A program made the position numbers and the translations under genes. From Candidatus Latescibacterota bacterium (lineage in GTDB: Bacteria; Latescibacterota; 4484-107), in contig JAZDJA010000184.1 of NCBI GenBank assembly GCA_043804415.1, forward strand, positions 7,630-71,629: DNA of 64,000 nucleotides. Reading direction: 5' to 3'. Below the pieces are notes generated by a model. It worked only from the letters and a program-made list of their open reading frames with translations. It had not been told where the DNA came from and ran no database searches. Shown one piece after another: positions 8,467 through 17,909 of the stretch. Positions within the stretch are counted from its first letter, which is position 1. Each line of letters starts with the position of its first letter.

Positions 8467-10607
8467 ACGCAAAGAGGCATGTAGGAGTTGTCGTGGGAAG
8501 TGCGGCCCCGCAAGTCGAGCAGTACGCCGCCAGTCAGCTGTGCGGGTATCTGGAGAAACTTTTTGACATCCAGACGGAGCCGAGCACGTCCATCCCTCCG
8601 GATTCCGATTATCTCATTCTGGTGGGTAATCCTTCGACGAATCCCGCAGTGGAGGAAGCAACCGGGCGTAACCCCTTCCCAAAGATCGGTGATCAGGGCC
8701 TGGTGCTGCGGCACACGCTCCATCAAGAGTGCCCGGCCCTGATTGTCGGGGGCGGGAGCGCCCGCGCAACAATGTGGGCTGTTTACGAGTTGGTGGAACG
8801 GTGGGGGGTACGGTATCTGCAGCATCGCGACGTTCTCCCCGAGAATCGGGAACCGTTCGAGTTGCCTGAGCTTGATGTGGTGATCGAACCGACCCTCCCG
8901 GTTCGCTATGGGTGGGGGATCATAGACTTCGCCGGCGGATACGAATCTTGGGGTATGCGCGACTACCGCCCCGTGATCGACCAACTGGCAAAGCTCAAGA
9001 TCAACCGGCTTTTGATCGTTGTCTTTGCGTGGCAGCCGTTCCTGGATTACGAGGTCAGTGGCATCAAGCGTGAATCCGCGTGGCTTTGGTACGACTACCA
9101 CTACCCGATCACGGCGGACATGGTGGGGAGAGAATTGTTCGGGGACGCCCGGGAGTTCTGGAATCCCGACTTGCCGATGGATGCCGGCTACCAGGAATTT
9201 ACTGCGGCGGGCGAACAGCTGGTGCATAACCTGATAGACTACGCCCACCAAAGGGGCCTCGAATGCGTACTCCAGGCCAACTTACTTGAATTCCCCCCTG
9301 AGTTCAAACCGCTGCTGAAAGGCGCGCAGAAGGTTCAGCAACTGGGGGAACTGACCATTGTGCCGGGTGCGGATACAGACCTTGACGACCCCGGCCTCGT
9401 CGAACTGGGTTCCGCTGTTTTGCGGGCTACGGTGAACACCTATCCGGAAGCGGACTTCGTGGCGCTGTGGATGCAGGAGCATCGCCAGTGGACGGAAAAG
9501 ACCTATGAGGGTGCCTGGAGTGCACTGGACGCCAAATACGACCTCAGCCAGATCCGAGCCCTGGACGATGTGCTTGCCAGGGCTGGCAATCGTACCGCTC
9601 ATACCGGGGGGGCCGAACGGGCTGTGCGCGAAGTCAAAGGGGATATCACCGCGCTTTACTTCTACGATCGGCTCCTGACGGATCTGGACGTACTGAACGG
9701 CACGCGCCGTCCGGACATGAAATTCATCTACGGCGCCCTGGCCGAAGAGATGTATCCCCTGCTCCCCCGGTTGATACCGCAAGGAGGGGAGACGTTGAAC
9801 TTTATTGACTATACCCCCTCTCGCGTCCTCAATCGGCGCGAAGTCCTCAAGGATCTTCCCTGTCGGGAGATCCCGTGCAGTCTTATCTACACGCTGGACG
9901 ACGACAACATCGGCGTCGTACCGCAGCTGACGACCCCATCTCTGCACGAACTGACCCGTGACCTCATCAAATATGGGTGCGCGGGGTTTGAAATGCGGCA
10001 GCGGTATCTGGGCGATCATGATCCTGCCGTAGCCTATCTGGCCAAGGTGGCTTGGGACGCCAGCGCAACACCGGACGAGGTATACAGAGACCAGATTCGG
10101 GCGGTTTGCGGAGAAGGGTGCGTGGAGGAGATGCTGACGGCTTTCCACGAGGTGGAGGCAGTAACCGTTAACCTGGAATGGAAAAACCTGAGTTTCTCGT
10201 TCCCTGTGCCGGGGATGATGATGAAGTTCTGGAAGCCGGGGCCCATGTCCGCCGACCTGATCGAAGACCGAGCCGGCTATCGGCGAGCCCTGGAGGCAGC
10301 CCGACAAGCGCAGGAGAAGGCAACGACGTCCGGTCGTCCTTACGTGGACTACTGGGTAGGACGGCTGCAGTTTGCGGCAGGCTATCTGGACGCAGTCGAA
10401 GCCGTTACCCTTGCCGCCACAGCCGAAGCGGCGAACAACCCGGGCCAGACGCTGGAGTACACACAAGCTGCACTCGGGATGGCTCGTCAATCCATAGAAG
10501 CCTATGCCCGCGTCGCACAGGATCAAACTGACCGCGGCACGATCGCGGTGCTGAACGAATACGTCTTTCGTCCTTTGAAGGCCAAAGTGGCTGAGTTGAG
10601 GAAGTAG
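8463..10607 (+). CDS. putative glycoside hydrolase (GH20b-like N-terminal domain plus TIM-barrel; DUF4838-like), cytoplasmic
   Basis: 714-aa ORF translationally coupled to the upstream dehydrogenase; domain architecture recognised only by pattern, family uncertain. Confidence 0.45.
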   Translation: MNAKRHVGVVVGSAAPQVEQYAASQLCGYLEKLFDIQTEPSTSIPPDSDYLILVGNPSTNPAVEEATGRNPFPKIGDQGLVLRHTLHQECPALIVGGGSARATMWAVYELVERWGVRYLQHRDVLPENREPFELPELDVVIEPTLPVRYGWGIIDFAGGYESWGMRDYRPVIDQLAKLKINRLLIVVFAWQPFLDYEVSGIKRESAWLWYDYHYPITADMVGRELFGDAREFWNPDLPMDAGYQEFTAAGEQLVHNLIDYAHQRGLECVLQANLLEFPPEFKPLLKGAQKVQQLGELTIVPGADTDLDDPGLVELGSAVLRATVNTYPEADFVALWMQEHRQWTEKTYEGAWSALDAKYDLSQIRALDDVLARAGNRTAHTGGAERAVREVKGDITALYFYDRLLTDLDVLNGTRRPDMKFIYGALAEEMYPLLPRLIPQGGETLNFIDYTPSRVLNRREVLKDLPCREIPCSLIYTLDDDNIGVVPQLTTPSLHELTRDLIKYGCAGFEMRQRYLGDHDPAVAYLAKVAWDASATPDEVYRDQIRAVCGEGCVEEMLTAFHEVEAVTVNLEWKNLSFSFPVPGMMMKFWKPGPMSADLIEDRAGYRRALEAARQAQEKATTSGRPYVDYWVGRLQFAAGYLDAVEAVTLAATAEAANNPGQTLEYTQAALGMARQSIEAYARVAQDQTDRGTIAVLNEYVFRPLKAKVAELRK

Positions 10608-10751
10608 GACGGGCTCCGTGATGCACACCAACGCCCGCGTCCTCACGACCTTCCGTGATACCAGGCACTATTCGTGGCACGATGGCGCCTTCGGCCCAAG
10701 GAGCCGGAAGACGATCGGGGGGAGGTCTCGGTTGTGATTTGGAGGCCGTAG
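10608..10751 (+). pseudogene. 3'-terminal remnant (about 45 codons) of a third BNR sialidase-like paralog, fused directly to the stop of the upstream hydrolase gene
   Basis: nucleotide similarity to the last ~140 bp of genes 10965..12152 and 12355..13560 (...cctcacgaccttcc...gacgatcggg...tag), followed by the same conserved 3' tail and 5' leader. Confidence 0.6.
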
Positions 10752-10964
10752 TGGAGATTGGCGGCGGCTGAGAGGGCAAAGGGTCGCCTCACGGGAGGTC
10801 GCCGGACCGATGAGAACTGGGACGGCAAGCCCGTCTCAGTGGGACCAAATGAGCATGTGATGAGCATGTCAGGAAATGAGTGACGCCGCACGTAAATCTT
10901 TAGGCCACGGAGCGGCAGACCCGGTGAAAACCAGCGCAGCAATGCTGCCAAAGGAGAGAGGACT

Positions 10965-12152
10965 ATGACAACCGAGACCCCATCCGTACCCAACATGCAC
11001 CAGATTCCCCGCGAGCGGCTGCAACGGGACGAGCTGACCAACGAGAGTGGGAACTACCCGCGCGACTGGGTCACGTCGCCGTTGCAGGCCACGGTTATCA
11101 GGCAGAACACCCCCGCAGGGGCCAGTTACAGAGAAGCGATCGGGTACACGTTCCTGCTGTATTCGATGAAGTTCCCATCCGTCGTGCGAATGGACGATGG
11201 CCGGCTGCTGATGAATGCCAGTTACGAGGACAAGTCCGACGACAGACCGTGGGTGCTCCTCTTCTCAGACGATGAGGGCAGGTCGTGGTGTCAGCCCGCC
11301 CCGAGCCAGCTTGGGCGGTCCACTCTCATCAACCTGGGTGGCAATCGGCTCGTGTCGATAGCGTCTGCTGTGGCGCTGCGGTTCAGCGAGGACGGCGGGA
11401 AGTCCTGGAGTGAGCCGGAGACGATCCCGCCCATGTCGGACGGACGGCATTGGTGCAGCGATGTACCTTACTCTCATCTGGTGGAGGGTCAGAAGGTCAC
11501 CTTTGTGGGGTCCGTGGACCTGCATCCGGGTTACCAGCGTTGGGAGGAAAGCGACACCATCTGGACTCGCGGGGTTATGCGCGCTTACCATCTCGACACG
11601 CACGAATGGGATGAGCCTTACCTGTTCCCGATGGATTGGGGGCTCTGCGAGGGTTCCATTACGCGGGCGACGAATGGGGATCTGGTCGCAGTGTTCCGCA
11701 CTCAGCTTATGGATGGGATACGGATCACTACCGACCACTGGATGGGGCTGGCGACCACACGGTCAGTCGACGACGGCAAGACCTGGGAGAAGCCGGTGCA
11801 GGCATTCCTCTATGGGCATCACCACATGAACCTGAGGACGCTGCCGGACGGCCGACTTCTCATGACCTATGCCTCCCGGATCGGGGAGCTTGAGGGCATG
11901 CCCTACCACGGCATCGAGGCGGTGCTGAGCCACGACGACGGCAAGACGTGGGACTGGAATCGCCGTTACATACTCTTCAGAGAGCTGAGCGACCAACTTA
12001 CGCACAGCCCCGGTTCTGTAATGCTCTCCGACGGCAGCATCCTCACGACCTTCCTGCATACCAAGGGCTTCACTTGGGACGACGGAACCGTAGGCCCAAA
12101 GAGCCAGAAGACGATCGGGAATGTCTCGGCCGTGATCTGGAAGCCCTGGTAG
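10965..12152 (+). CDS. BNR/Asp-box sialidase-like propeller protein (tandem copy A)
   Basis: Asp-boxes FSDDEGRSW, SEDGGKSWSEP, SVDDGKTWEKP, SHDDGKTWDW; RBS GGAGAGAGG; about 88% aa identity to copy B. Confidence 0.75.
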   Translation: MTTETPSVPNMHQIPRERLQRDELTNESGNYPRDWVTSPLQATVIRQNTPAGASYREAIGYTFLLYSMKFPSVVRMDDGRLLMNASYEDKSDDRPWVLLFSDDEGRSWCQPAPSQLGRSTLINLGGNRLVSIASAVALRFSEDGGKSWSEPETIPPMSDGRHWCSDVPYSHLVEGQKVTFVGSVDLHPGYQRWEESDTIWTRGVMRAYHLDTHEWDEPYLFPMDWGLCEGSITRATNGDLVAVFRTQLMDGIRITTDHWMGLATTRSVDDGKTWEKPVQAFLYGHHHMNLRTLPDGRLLMTYASRIGELEGMPYHGIEAVLSHDDGKTWDWNRRYILFRELSDQLTHSPGSVMLSDGSILTTFLHTKGFTWDDGTVGPKSQKTIGNVSAVIWKPW

Positions 12153-12354
12153 AGAGTGGCAGCGGCTGAGAGGGCAAGGGATCGCCCCACGGGAGGCCAT
12201 GTCCGGACCGATGCGGATAGGGACGGCAAACCAACAGCAGTGGGAACAAATGAGTAGGACATGGAATGAGTGATGCCGCGCGCAAATCTTTAGACCACGG
12301 AGCGGCAGAGCCGGTGAGAACCGGAGCAGTCATGCTGCCAAAAGAGAGGAAACT

Positions 12355-13560
12355 ATGACAACTGAGACCCCATCCGTACCCAACATGCACGAGATTCCCC
12401 GCGAGCGGCTACAACGGGACGAGCTGACCGACGACCGAGGAAACTACCCGAACGACTGGGTCACGTCCCCGCTGCAAGCCACGGTTATCAGGCAGAACAC
12501 CCTCACAGGGGCCGGTTACAAGGAGGCGATCGGGTACACGTTCCTGCTGTATTCGATGAAGTTCCCGTCAGTCGTGCGCATGGACGATGGCCGACTGCTG
12601 ATGAATGCCAGTTACGAGGCTCAGTCCGACGAGAGACCGTGGGTGCTCCTCTTCTCAGACGATGAGGGCAGGTCGTGGAGTCAACCCGTTCCGAGCCAGC
12701 TTGGGCGATGCACGCTTACGAACCTTGGCGGCAACCGGCTCATGTCGCTTGGAACCATGCCCACCTCGGCGGCTCTGTTCGCGCTTCGGTTCAGCGCAGA
12801 CGGCGGGAAATCCTGGAGCGATCCGGAGGCGGCCCCTCCCATTTCGGACGGACGACACTGGGGCACCGATGTGCCATACTCTCATCTGGTGGAAGGCCAA
12901 AAGGTCACCTTTGTCGGGGCCGTGGACGAACATCCGGGCTACGAGCACTGGGAGGAAAGCAACAGCATCTTTACCCGTGGGATTATCCGCACTTACCATC
13001 TCGACACGCACGAGTGGGATGATCCCTATCTGTTCCCGATGGATTGGGGGCTCTCCGAGGCTTCCGTGACGCGGGCGAAGAATGGGGATCTGGTCGCAGT
13101 GTTCCGCACACAGCTCATGGATGGGATACGGATAACTACCGACCACTGGATGGGGCTGGCGACCACACGGTCCACCGACGACGGCAAGACCTGGGAGAAA
13201 CCGGTGCAGGCCTTCCTCTATGGGCATCACCACATGAACCTGAGGGCGCTGCCGGACGGACGGCTTCTCATGACCTATGCCTCTCGGATCGGGGAGCTTG
13301 AGGGCATGCCCTACCACGGCATCGAGGCGGTGGTGAGCCACGACGACGGTAAAACATGGGACTGGAATCGCCGTTACATACTCTTTAGAGAGCTGAGCGA
13401 CCAGATCATGCACAGTCCCGGCTCCGTGATGCTCTCCGACGGTAGTATTTTCACGACCTTCATGCACACCAAGGGCTACACGTGGGACGACGGCACCGTC
13501 GGCCCGAGGAGCCAGAAGACGATCGGGAATGTCTCGGCGGTGATCTGGAAGCCGTGGTAG
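12355..13560 (+). CDS. BNR/Asp-box sialidase-like propeller protein (tandem copy B)
   Basis: near-identical to 10965..12152, including the duplicated 5' leader and 3' tail. Confidence 0.75.
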   Translation: MTTETPSVPNMHEIPRERLQRDELTDDRGNYPNDWVTSPLQATVIRQNTLTGAGYKEAIGYTFLLYSMKFPSVVRMDDGRLLMNASYEAQSDERPWVLLFSDDEGRSWSQPVPSQLGRCTLTNLGGNRLMSLGTMPTSAALFALRFSADGGKSWSDPEAAPPISDGRHWGTDVPYSHLVEGQKVTFVGAVDEHPGYEHWEESNSIFTRGIIRTYHLDTHEWDDPYLFPMDWGLSEASVTRAKNGDLVAVFRTQLMDGIRITTDHWMGLATTRSTDDGKTWEKPVQAFLYGHHHMNLRALPDGRLLMTYASRIGELEGMPYHGIEAVVSHDDGKTWDWNRRYILFRELSDQIMHSPGSVMLSDGSIFTTFMHTKGYTWDDGTVGPRSQKTIGNVSAVIWKPW

Positions 13561-13729
13561 AGCGTGGCGGCGGCTGAGGCGGCATCCCCTCCTGAGTCCG
13601 CCCTGGCACGCGGGTCGAAACACAAACACCGAGGAACCGGCTTTCCCTTCGCGAAGCCCTAAAGATAGCGTCTCCAGTATAGCAGATTTCGAGATTCAGA
13701 CATTTGGTCTATAAAAGGAGGAACTGACT

Positions 13730-14914
13730 ATGAAACATTCAGAACACCCCATGGTGATCAGTACTTTCAACGATGCCCTCGATTGGTGCTGGTCCTATGG
13801 CAACTGGGGCAGCTCCGGAGTGGAGCGGCTGATGGAACGCTACCAGCAGGCCAATATCCAGCGGGTCTATTGGCGCGCGAACCAGGGGAGCCTTTGCTGG
13901 TGGCCGAGCAAGGTCGGCACTCCCTACCACGGCGTCCACTTGCGCCGTCCGCCGGATTTCGTCGGACGCGGTCAGGATTGGTATGCCGAAAGGGATGCAG
14001 GATTCGACACTCGTGCTTTCGACCAACTGGCTGTTGCTTGCAAGAAGGCCCCCGAATATGGCATCGATCTTTGGGTTTACTGGACCCCCTTCCTGGATGA
14101 TGACACCGGCGACGGATGGGCCGGCGATTGGGAATCGGCGCACCCGGAATGGTGGCGTGTGTTTCGCAACAAAGTGGTGTCAAATACCAACATGAGTTTT
14201 GCTTTCCCCGAGGTGATGGCCCACAAGCTGGCCCTGATGAAGGAACTCCTTCAGTACGATCTCAAAGGGATCCTCCTGGATTGCGTCCGGCAGCATTGTT
14301 TCCTCCTTGAGGAGGACGGCGCGGTTGTAGACGAGGATCTGGCCTACCTCGGCGGCTATGAGGGACCGATCGTAAACGCGTTCCAGGAGAAGACCGGCAA
14401 AGATCCCTTCGGGCTGCCCAATGCGGACGAAGAGTGGATTCAGTTCCGAGCGGATTACAATACGGAGTTCGTGCGCAGACTGCGTACCATCCTTCGCGAA
14501 GCGAAGCCGGAGGTCAAACTGGGCGCCATGGTGCGGGCTAAAGGCGCCAAATCGGGAAAGCGCATCCACCAGGGGAACGCCCTTCGGGAGATGCTGATCG
14601 ACCTTCCGACATGGTCCAAGGAGGGCTTGATCGACACCTTGCTGCAGGATTCTTACGCTCCCCCGGCCACAAGCGAGCAGCTGGTGGAACAACTCAATGT
14701 CTCGCGGTCTCAGGTGGACGCGCAGAAAATCGCGGTCGGTGTGGAAATGGCGCTGTTTGGAGAATGGGACCTCCACACCTTGGCTGCGGCCATGAAGGGA
14801 CCTGCTGCAGCCGGTGCCCGGGAATTTGCCTTCTATCAGGATACTTGTTTTGAGGATCTGAGCCTTCGACAGAACATCAATGCATGGAGAGAACTCGGCA
14901 AACTCGTAAAGTGA
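13730..14914 (+). CDS. putative glycoside-hydrolase-like TIM-barrel protein (GHL10-like), paralog of 15081..16391
   Basis: 394-aa ORF with an excellent RBS AAAAGGAGG; shares RVYWRA / FAFPEV / ILLD motifs with the downstream paralog. Confidence 0.5.
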   Translation: MKHSEHPMVISTFNDALDWCWSYGNWGSSGVERLMERYQQANIQRVYWRANQGSLCWWPSKVGTPYHGVHLRRPPDFVGRGQDWYAERDAGFDTRAFDQLAVACKKAPEYGIDLWVYWTPFLDDDTGDGWAGDWESAHPEWWRVFRNKVVSNTNMSFAFPEVMAHKLALMKELLQYDLKGILLDCVRQHCFLLEEDGAVVDEDLAYLGGYEGPIVNAFQEKTGKDPFGLPNADEEWIQFRADYNTEFVRRLRTILREAKPEVKLGAMVRAKGAKSGKRIHQGNALREMLIDLPTWSKEGLIDTLLQDSYAPPATSEQLVEQLNVSRSQVDAQKIAVGVEMALFGEWDLHTLAAAMKGPAAAGAREFAFYQDTCFEDLSLRQNINAWRELGKLVK

Positions 14915-15009
14915 GGATCGCCGTTTTCGCCCCTCTTGGGAGCGCCCGTCATCCGGGCGTGCCGTCAGGCACGATTCAGTTTAGTGCGGCAGCATGCAGA
15001 GTCCTCATG

Positions 15010-15035
15010 CCTGATCCCTGATGCCTGATCCCTGC
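15010..15035. repeat. tandem CCTGATN heptamers (3.5 copies) about 50 bp upstream of gene 15081
   Basis: cctgatc cctgatg cctgatc cctgc; the same heptamer array is found at 29065-29099. Confidence 0.7.
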
Positions 15036-15080
15036 ATTCCAGCTCCTTAGTACTCACAAACACAGAAGAAGGAAGAGACG

Positions 15081-16391
15081 ATGACAGACGGATCGAAACG
15101 CGCAATGATTCTCTCCGCCCCGCTGACGCATTCGGACTGGATGATCCACGCCGATGCCCCGGACTGGGGACCGGAGGGCGTTCGCACGATGCTCGATCAC
15201 TGCCGGGCATGTGGCTGGTCGCGAATCTACTGGCGGGTCTTCGACGCCGGCATGGCCCTGTATGCCAGCCGCCTCCTGGAACCGATGAAGTATGCCACCA
15301 GTCCGCAGCCAAACTGCCTGACCACGGGCGAACTGGCCTCCCAGGCCCCGCCGGATCTGGTGGCCCGGGCGATGAAACTCGACTATCACGGATTTGACAC
15401 GCTGGCTGCGGCAGTGCGGATCGGTCACGAACTGGGGCTGGAGATTCACGCCTGGTTGTCCATCAATGAAGACGATCACGGGTGGGGCTGGCCCAGCCGC
15501 TTCACGCAAGCGCATCCGGAGTGTCGCTGGGTGCGCCGGGATGGGCGCGCCTATCATTCGCAACTGAGCTTTGGGTTTCCCGAGGTGCGGGAATACAAAC
15601 TGGATCTGATCCGGGAGATGCTGGCCTACGAAGTGGATGGCATCTTCCTGGACTGGATTCGCACGGGCGATATCCGCGACAACCCCCGGAACGATCCACA
15701 GGGCGTGGCCAACTATGGATATGAAGCGCCGCTGGTAGAAAGCTTCCGCTCGCGTTACGGACTGGACCCCCACGAGGTGGAGAACGGGGATGAGCGCTGG
15801 GTTCGGTGCCGCGCTGAGCCGATCACCGATTTCATGCGGACGGTTCGAAATGCGCTCGATCAACACCCTCGCCGGATAGTATTGGCAGGGATGGTGCATC
15901 ACTGCTGGGCATATCGGGGACTTCAGGAAGAGGGCTTCATCGATGGTGCGCTGCGGGGCGTCCTGTGTGATATTCGCACGTGGGCGCGCGAGGGACTGGT
16001 GGACGAGCTGGTGGTGGGCGGCTATTATATGAAAGACGGCACTCCGGAATCCGGATACCGCTGGCTGGAGGAGGAGACCGAGGGCCGGGTGGCGCTGTGG
16101 CTGTATGGCTGGGTTCCGGAGAGCACCGAGGACTTCGAACGGGATCTGACTCTGGCGCGCAGGCTGGGGGCCCGGCAGTTATTGTTCTGGGAGGCGGACT
16201 ACATTGACATGCGGCCCGAACCGCAGCGCGAGCAGATCATGACGGATGCGGGAATCAACCTGCTCCGGATGAAGAAGCTAGAGGAGTTACTGGGAGGAGC
16301 GCTTCCAAGGCTCTGCGTGAAAGAACCAGTTTGCCGAACAGTTTCAAGCCCGGACAAAAAGGGTAATACTATGGAACCCATTGAACACTGA
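15081..16391 (+). CDS. putative glycoside-hydrolase-like TIM-barrel protein (GHL10-like), paralog of 13730..14914
   Basis: 436-aa ORF; conserved RIYWRV, FGFPEV and FLDW motifs shared with 13730..14914. Confidence 0.5.
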   Translation: MTDGSKRAMILSAPLTHSDWMIHADAPDWGPEGVRTMLDHCRACGWSRIYWRVFDAGMALYASRLLEPMKYATSPQPNCLTTGELASQAPPDLVARAMKLDYHGFDTLAAAVRIGHELGLEIHAWLSINEDDHGWGWPSRFTQAHPECRWVRRDGRAYHSQLSFGFPEVREYKLDLIREMLAYEVDGIFLDWIRTGDIRDNPRNDPQGVANYGYEAPLVESFRSRYGLDPHEVENGDERWVRCRAEPITDFMRTVRNALDQHPRRIVLAGMVHHCWAYRGLQEEGFIDGALRGVLCDIRTWAREGLVDELVVGGYYMKDGTPESGYRWLEEETEGRVALWLYGWVPESTEDFERDLTLARRLGARQLLFWEADYIDMRPEPQREQIMTDAGINLLRMKKLEELLGGALPRLCVKEPVCRTVSSPDKKGNTMEPIEH

Positions 16392-16483
16392 AAGACACGG
16401 AAACACACCGAAAACCCATTAGCTTCCTTCAGGAAAGGATGCTCTCATTCAGTGTTCCCATGATCCACACAGGAGAGCCGTTC

Positions 16484-17641
16484 ATGTCCAAATGCCCGTA
16501 TCAGCAGTATGATCTGTGGCGCGTTGCGGAGAAGCGCACCATCTGTGACCTGGCGGACAGTGGTCCGGGCCTGGCAAAAACGCAGGCAGGCCATCTGCTG
16601 GCCTTCTTCGGCACCCCGCACGGCACGGAGCAACACGACGCCATGGCCGAAGAGGTCGCTGCCCTGGGACCTGCCCGCGTCATGATGAGCCGCTCCACGG
16701 ATGGCGGTCTGACGTGGTCTGAGCCTTTGGCGCTTCCCGCACCGAATGGACTCGATGTGCACTACGGCATGCCCAGTTGCGCCCTCGCACTGCCTTCCGG
16801 GAGGATCGTCTTGGTCGTGCGCTCCCATGAACACGGCGCGGACCGGGACGACTGGTTTTTTGCCGACCATCATGCGTACCACTCCGACGACGACGGTCAG
16901 AACTGGACCATCGGCAAGGCCATTGACCGGGCTCCTGCCGTGGGCAACCGCGCCTATGCGGGTGGGGAAATTCAGCAGATGGGTGGGATCCTGATACTCG
17001 GGTATCAGGGGACGCTCTCTCCCGAGGAGCACGATGCCAACACCTACAGTGCGTTTTTCTACCGCTCCTATGATGAGGGGCTCACCTGGGAAGATCCCTC
17101 TGTGCTCATTCGGCCGCAGGGACACTGCAAACTGGCGGCGGAACCCAGTCTCGCCGTCCTGGAGGATGGCCGATGGATCGCTCTGGTGCGCTATCATGGA
17201 CCGGAGGACTGTTGTCGCACGGTCCGCATCGAAAGCAGCGATGAGGGACGCACGTGGTCGGAGCTGGCCCATCTTTTCGTGGGCGGAATGGGCTGCCTGC
17301 GGAGCCTGCCGGGCGGGGGCTTGATGGTCAGCCACGTGACCACGGCCGGCATCGTGGTGCGCTTCAGCTACGACGAAGGCTGGAACTGGACGCGGGAGGT
17401 GATGGCCTATGACATCTGGGCGGGAGGTCACTACCGAAACGGTGCGGCCTGGAACCAGTCCGCGCTGGTGATCGACGACGACACGATCCTCTGCGGGTAT
17501 ACCTCCGTGGCGCCGGACGATCCGAACAAGGACCTCTATTATGGGGCACGAAAGGCCGAATGGGGACTTGCTGCACGGATTCGTTTCCTCCGTCGTCAGC
17601 GGGATCGATCCCTGACTGTTCCCTTGGAGGCAGGAGCGTAG
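16484..17641 (+). CDS. BNR/Asp-box sialidase-like propeller protein
   Basis: Asp-boxes SRSTDGGLTWSEP, SDDDGQNWTIG, SYDEGLTWEDP, SSDEGRTWSEL; start 16484 chosen for the AGGAGAG RBS. Confidence 0.7.
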   Translation: MSKCPYQQYDLWRVAEKRTICDLADSGPGLAKTQAGHLLAFFGTPHGTEQHDAMAEEVAALGPARVMMSRSTDGGLTWSEPLALPAPNGLDVHYGMPSCALALPSGRIVLVVRSHEHGADRDDWFFADHHAYHSDDDGQNWTIGKAIDRAPAVGNRAYAGGEIQQMGGILILGYQGTLSPEEHDANTYSAFFYRSYDEGLTWEDPSVLIRPQGHCKLAAEPSLAVLEDGRWIALVRYHGPEDCCRTVRIESSDEGRTWSELAHLFVGGMGCLRSLPGGGLMVSHVTTAGIVVRFSYDEGWNWTREVMAYDIWAGGHYRNGAAWNQSALVIDDDTILCGYTSVAPDDPNKDLYYGARKAEWGLAARIRFLRRQRDRSLTVPLEAGA

Positions 17642-17909
17642 AAGTTGGCAAGTGGTCAGTGGGTGAGTAGTGAGTGGTGTATGCAGCAACGAGCTTGGAA
17701 GAATCCCTAACGCACCGGAAAGCGTACCATGAAGAAACTGCTCGAGAGTATTGCACACTTTGGAGCTGCGTTCTGCGCAGATGCGATGAATTTCTCGGCT
17801 TATCGAAACCGTTTCCTGTCACCGATCAGTGACACGGGCGTGCCATCTGCAGGGTCACCGCAAAAAAACAACCGGCCAATGGACACCCCCATACCTGAAG
17901 GAGTGTAAG

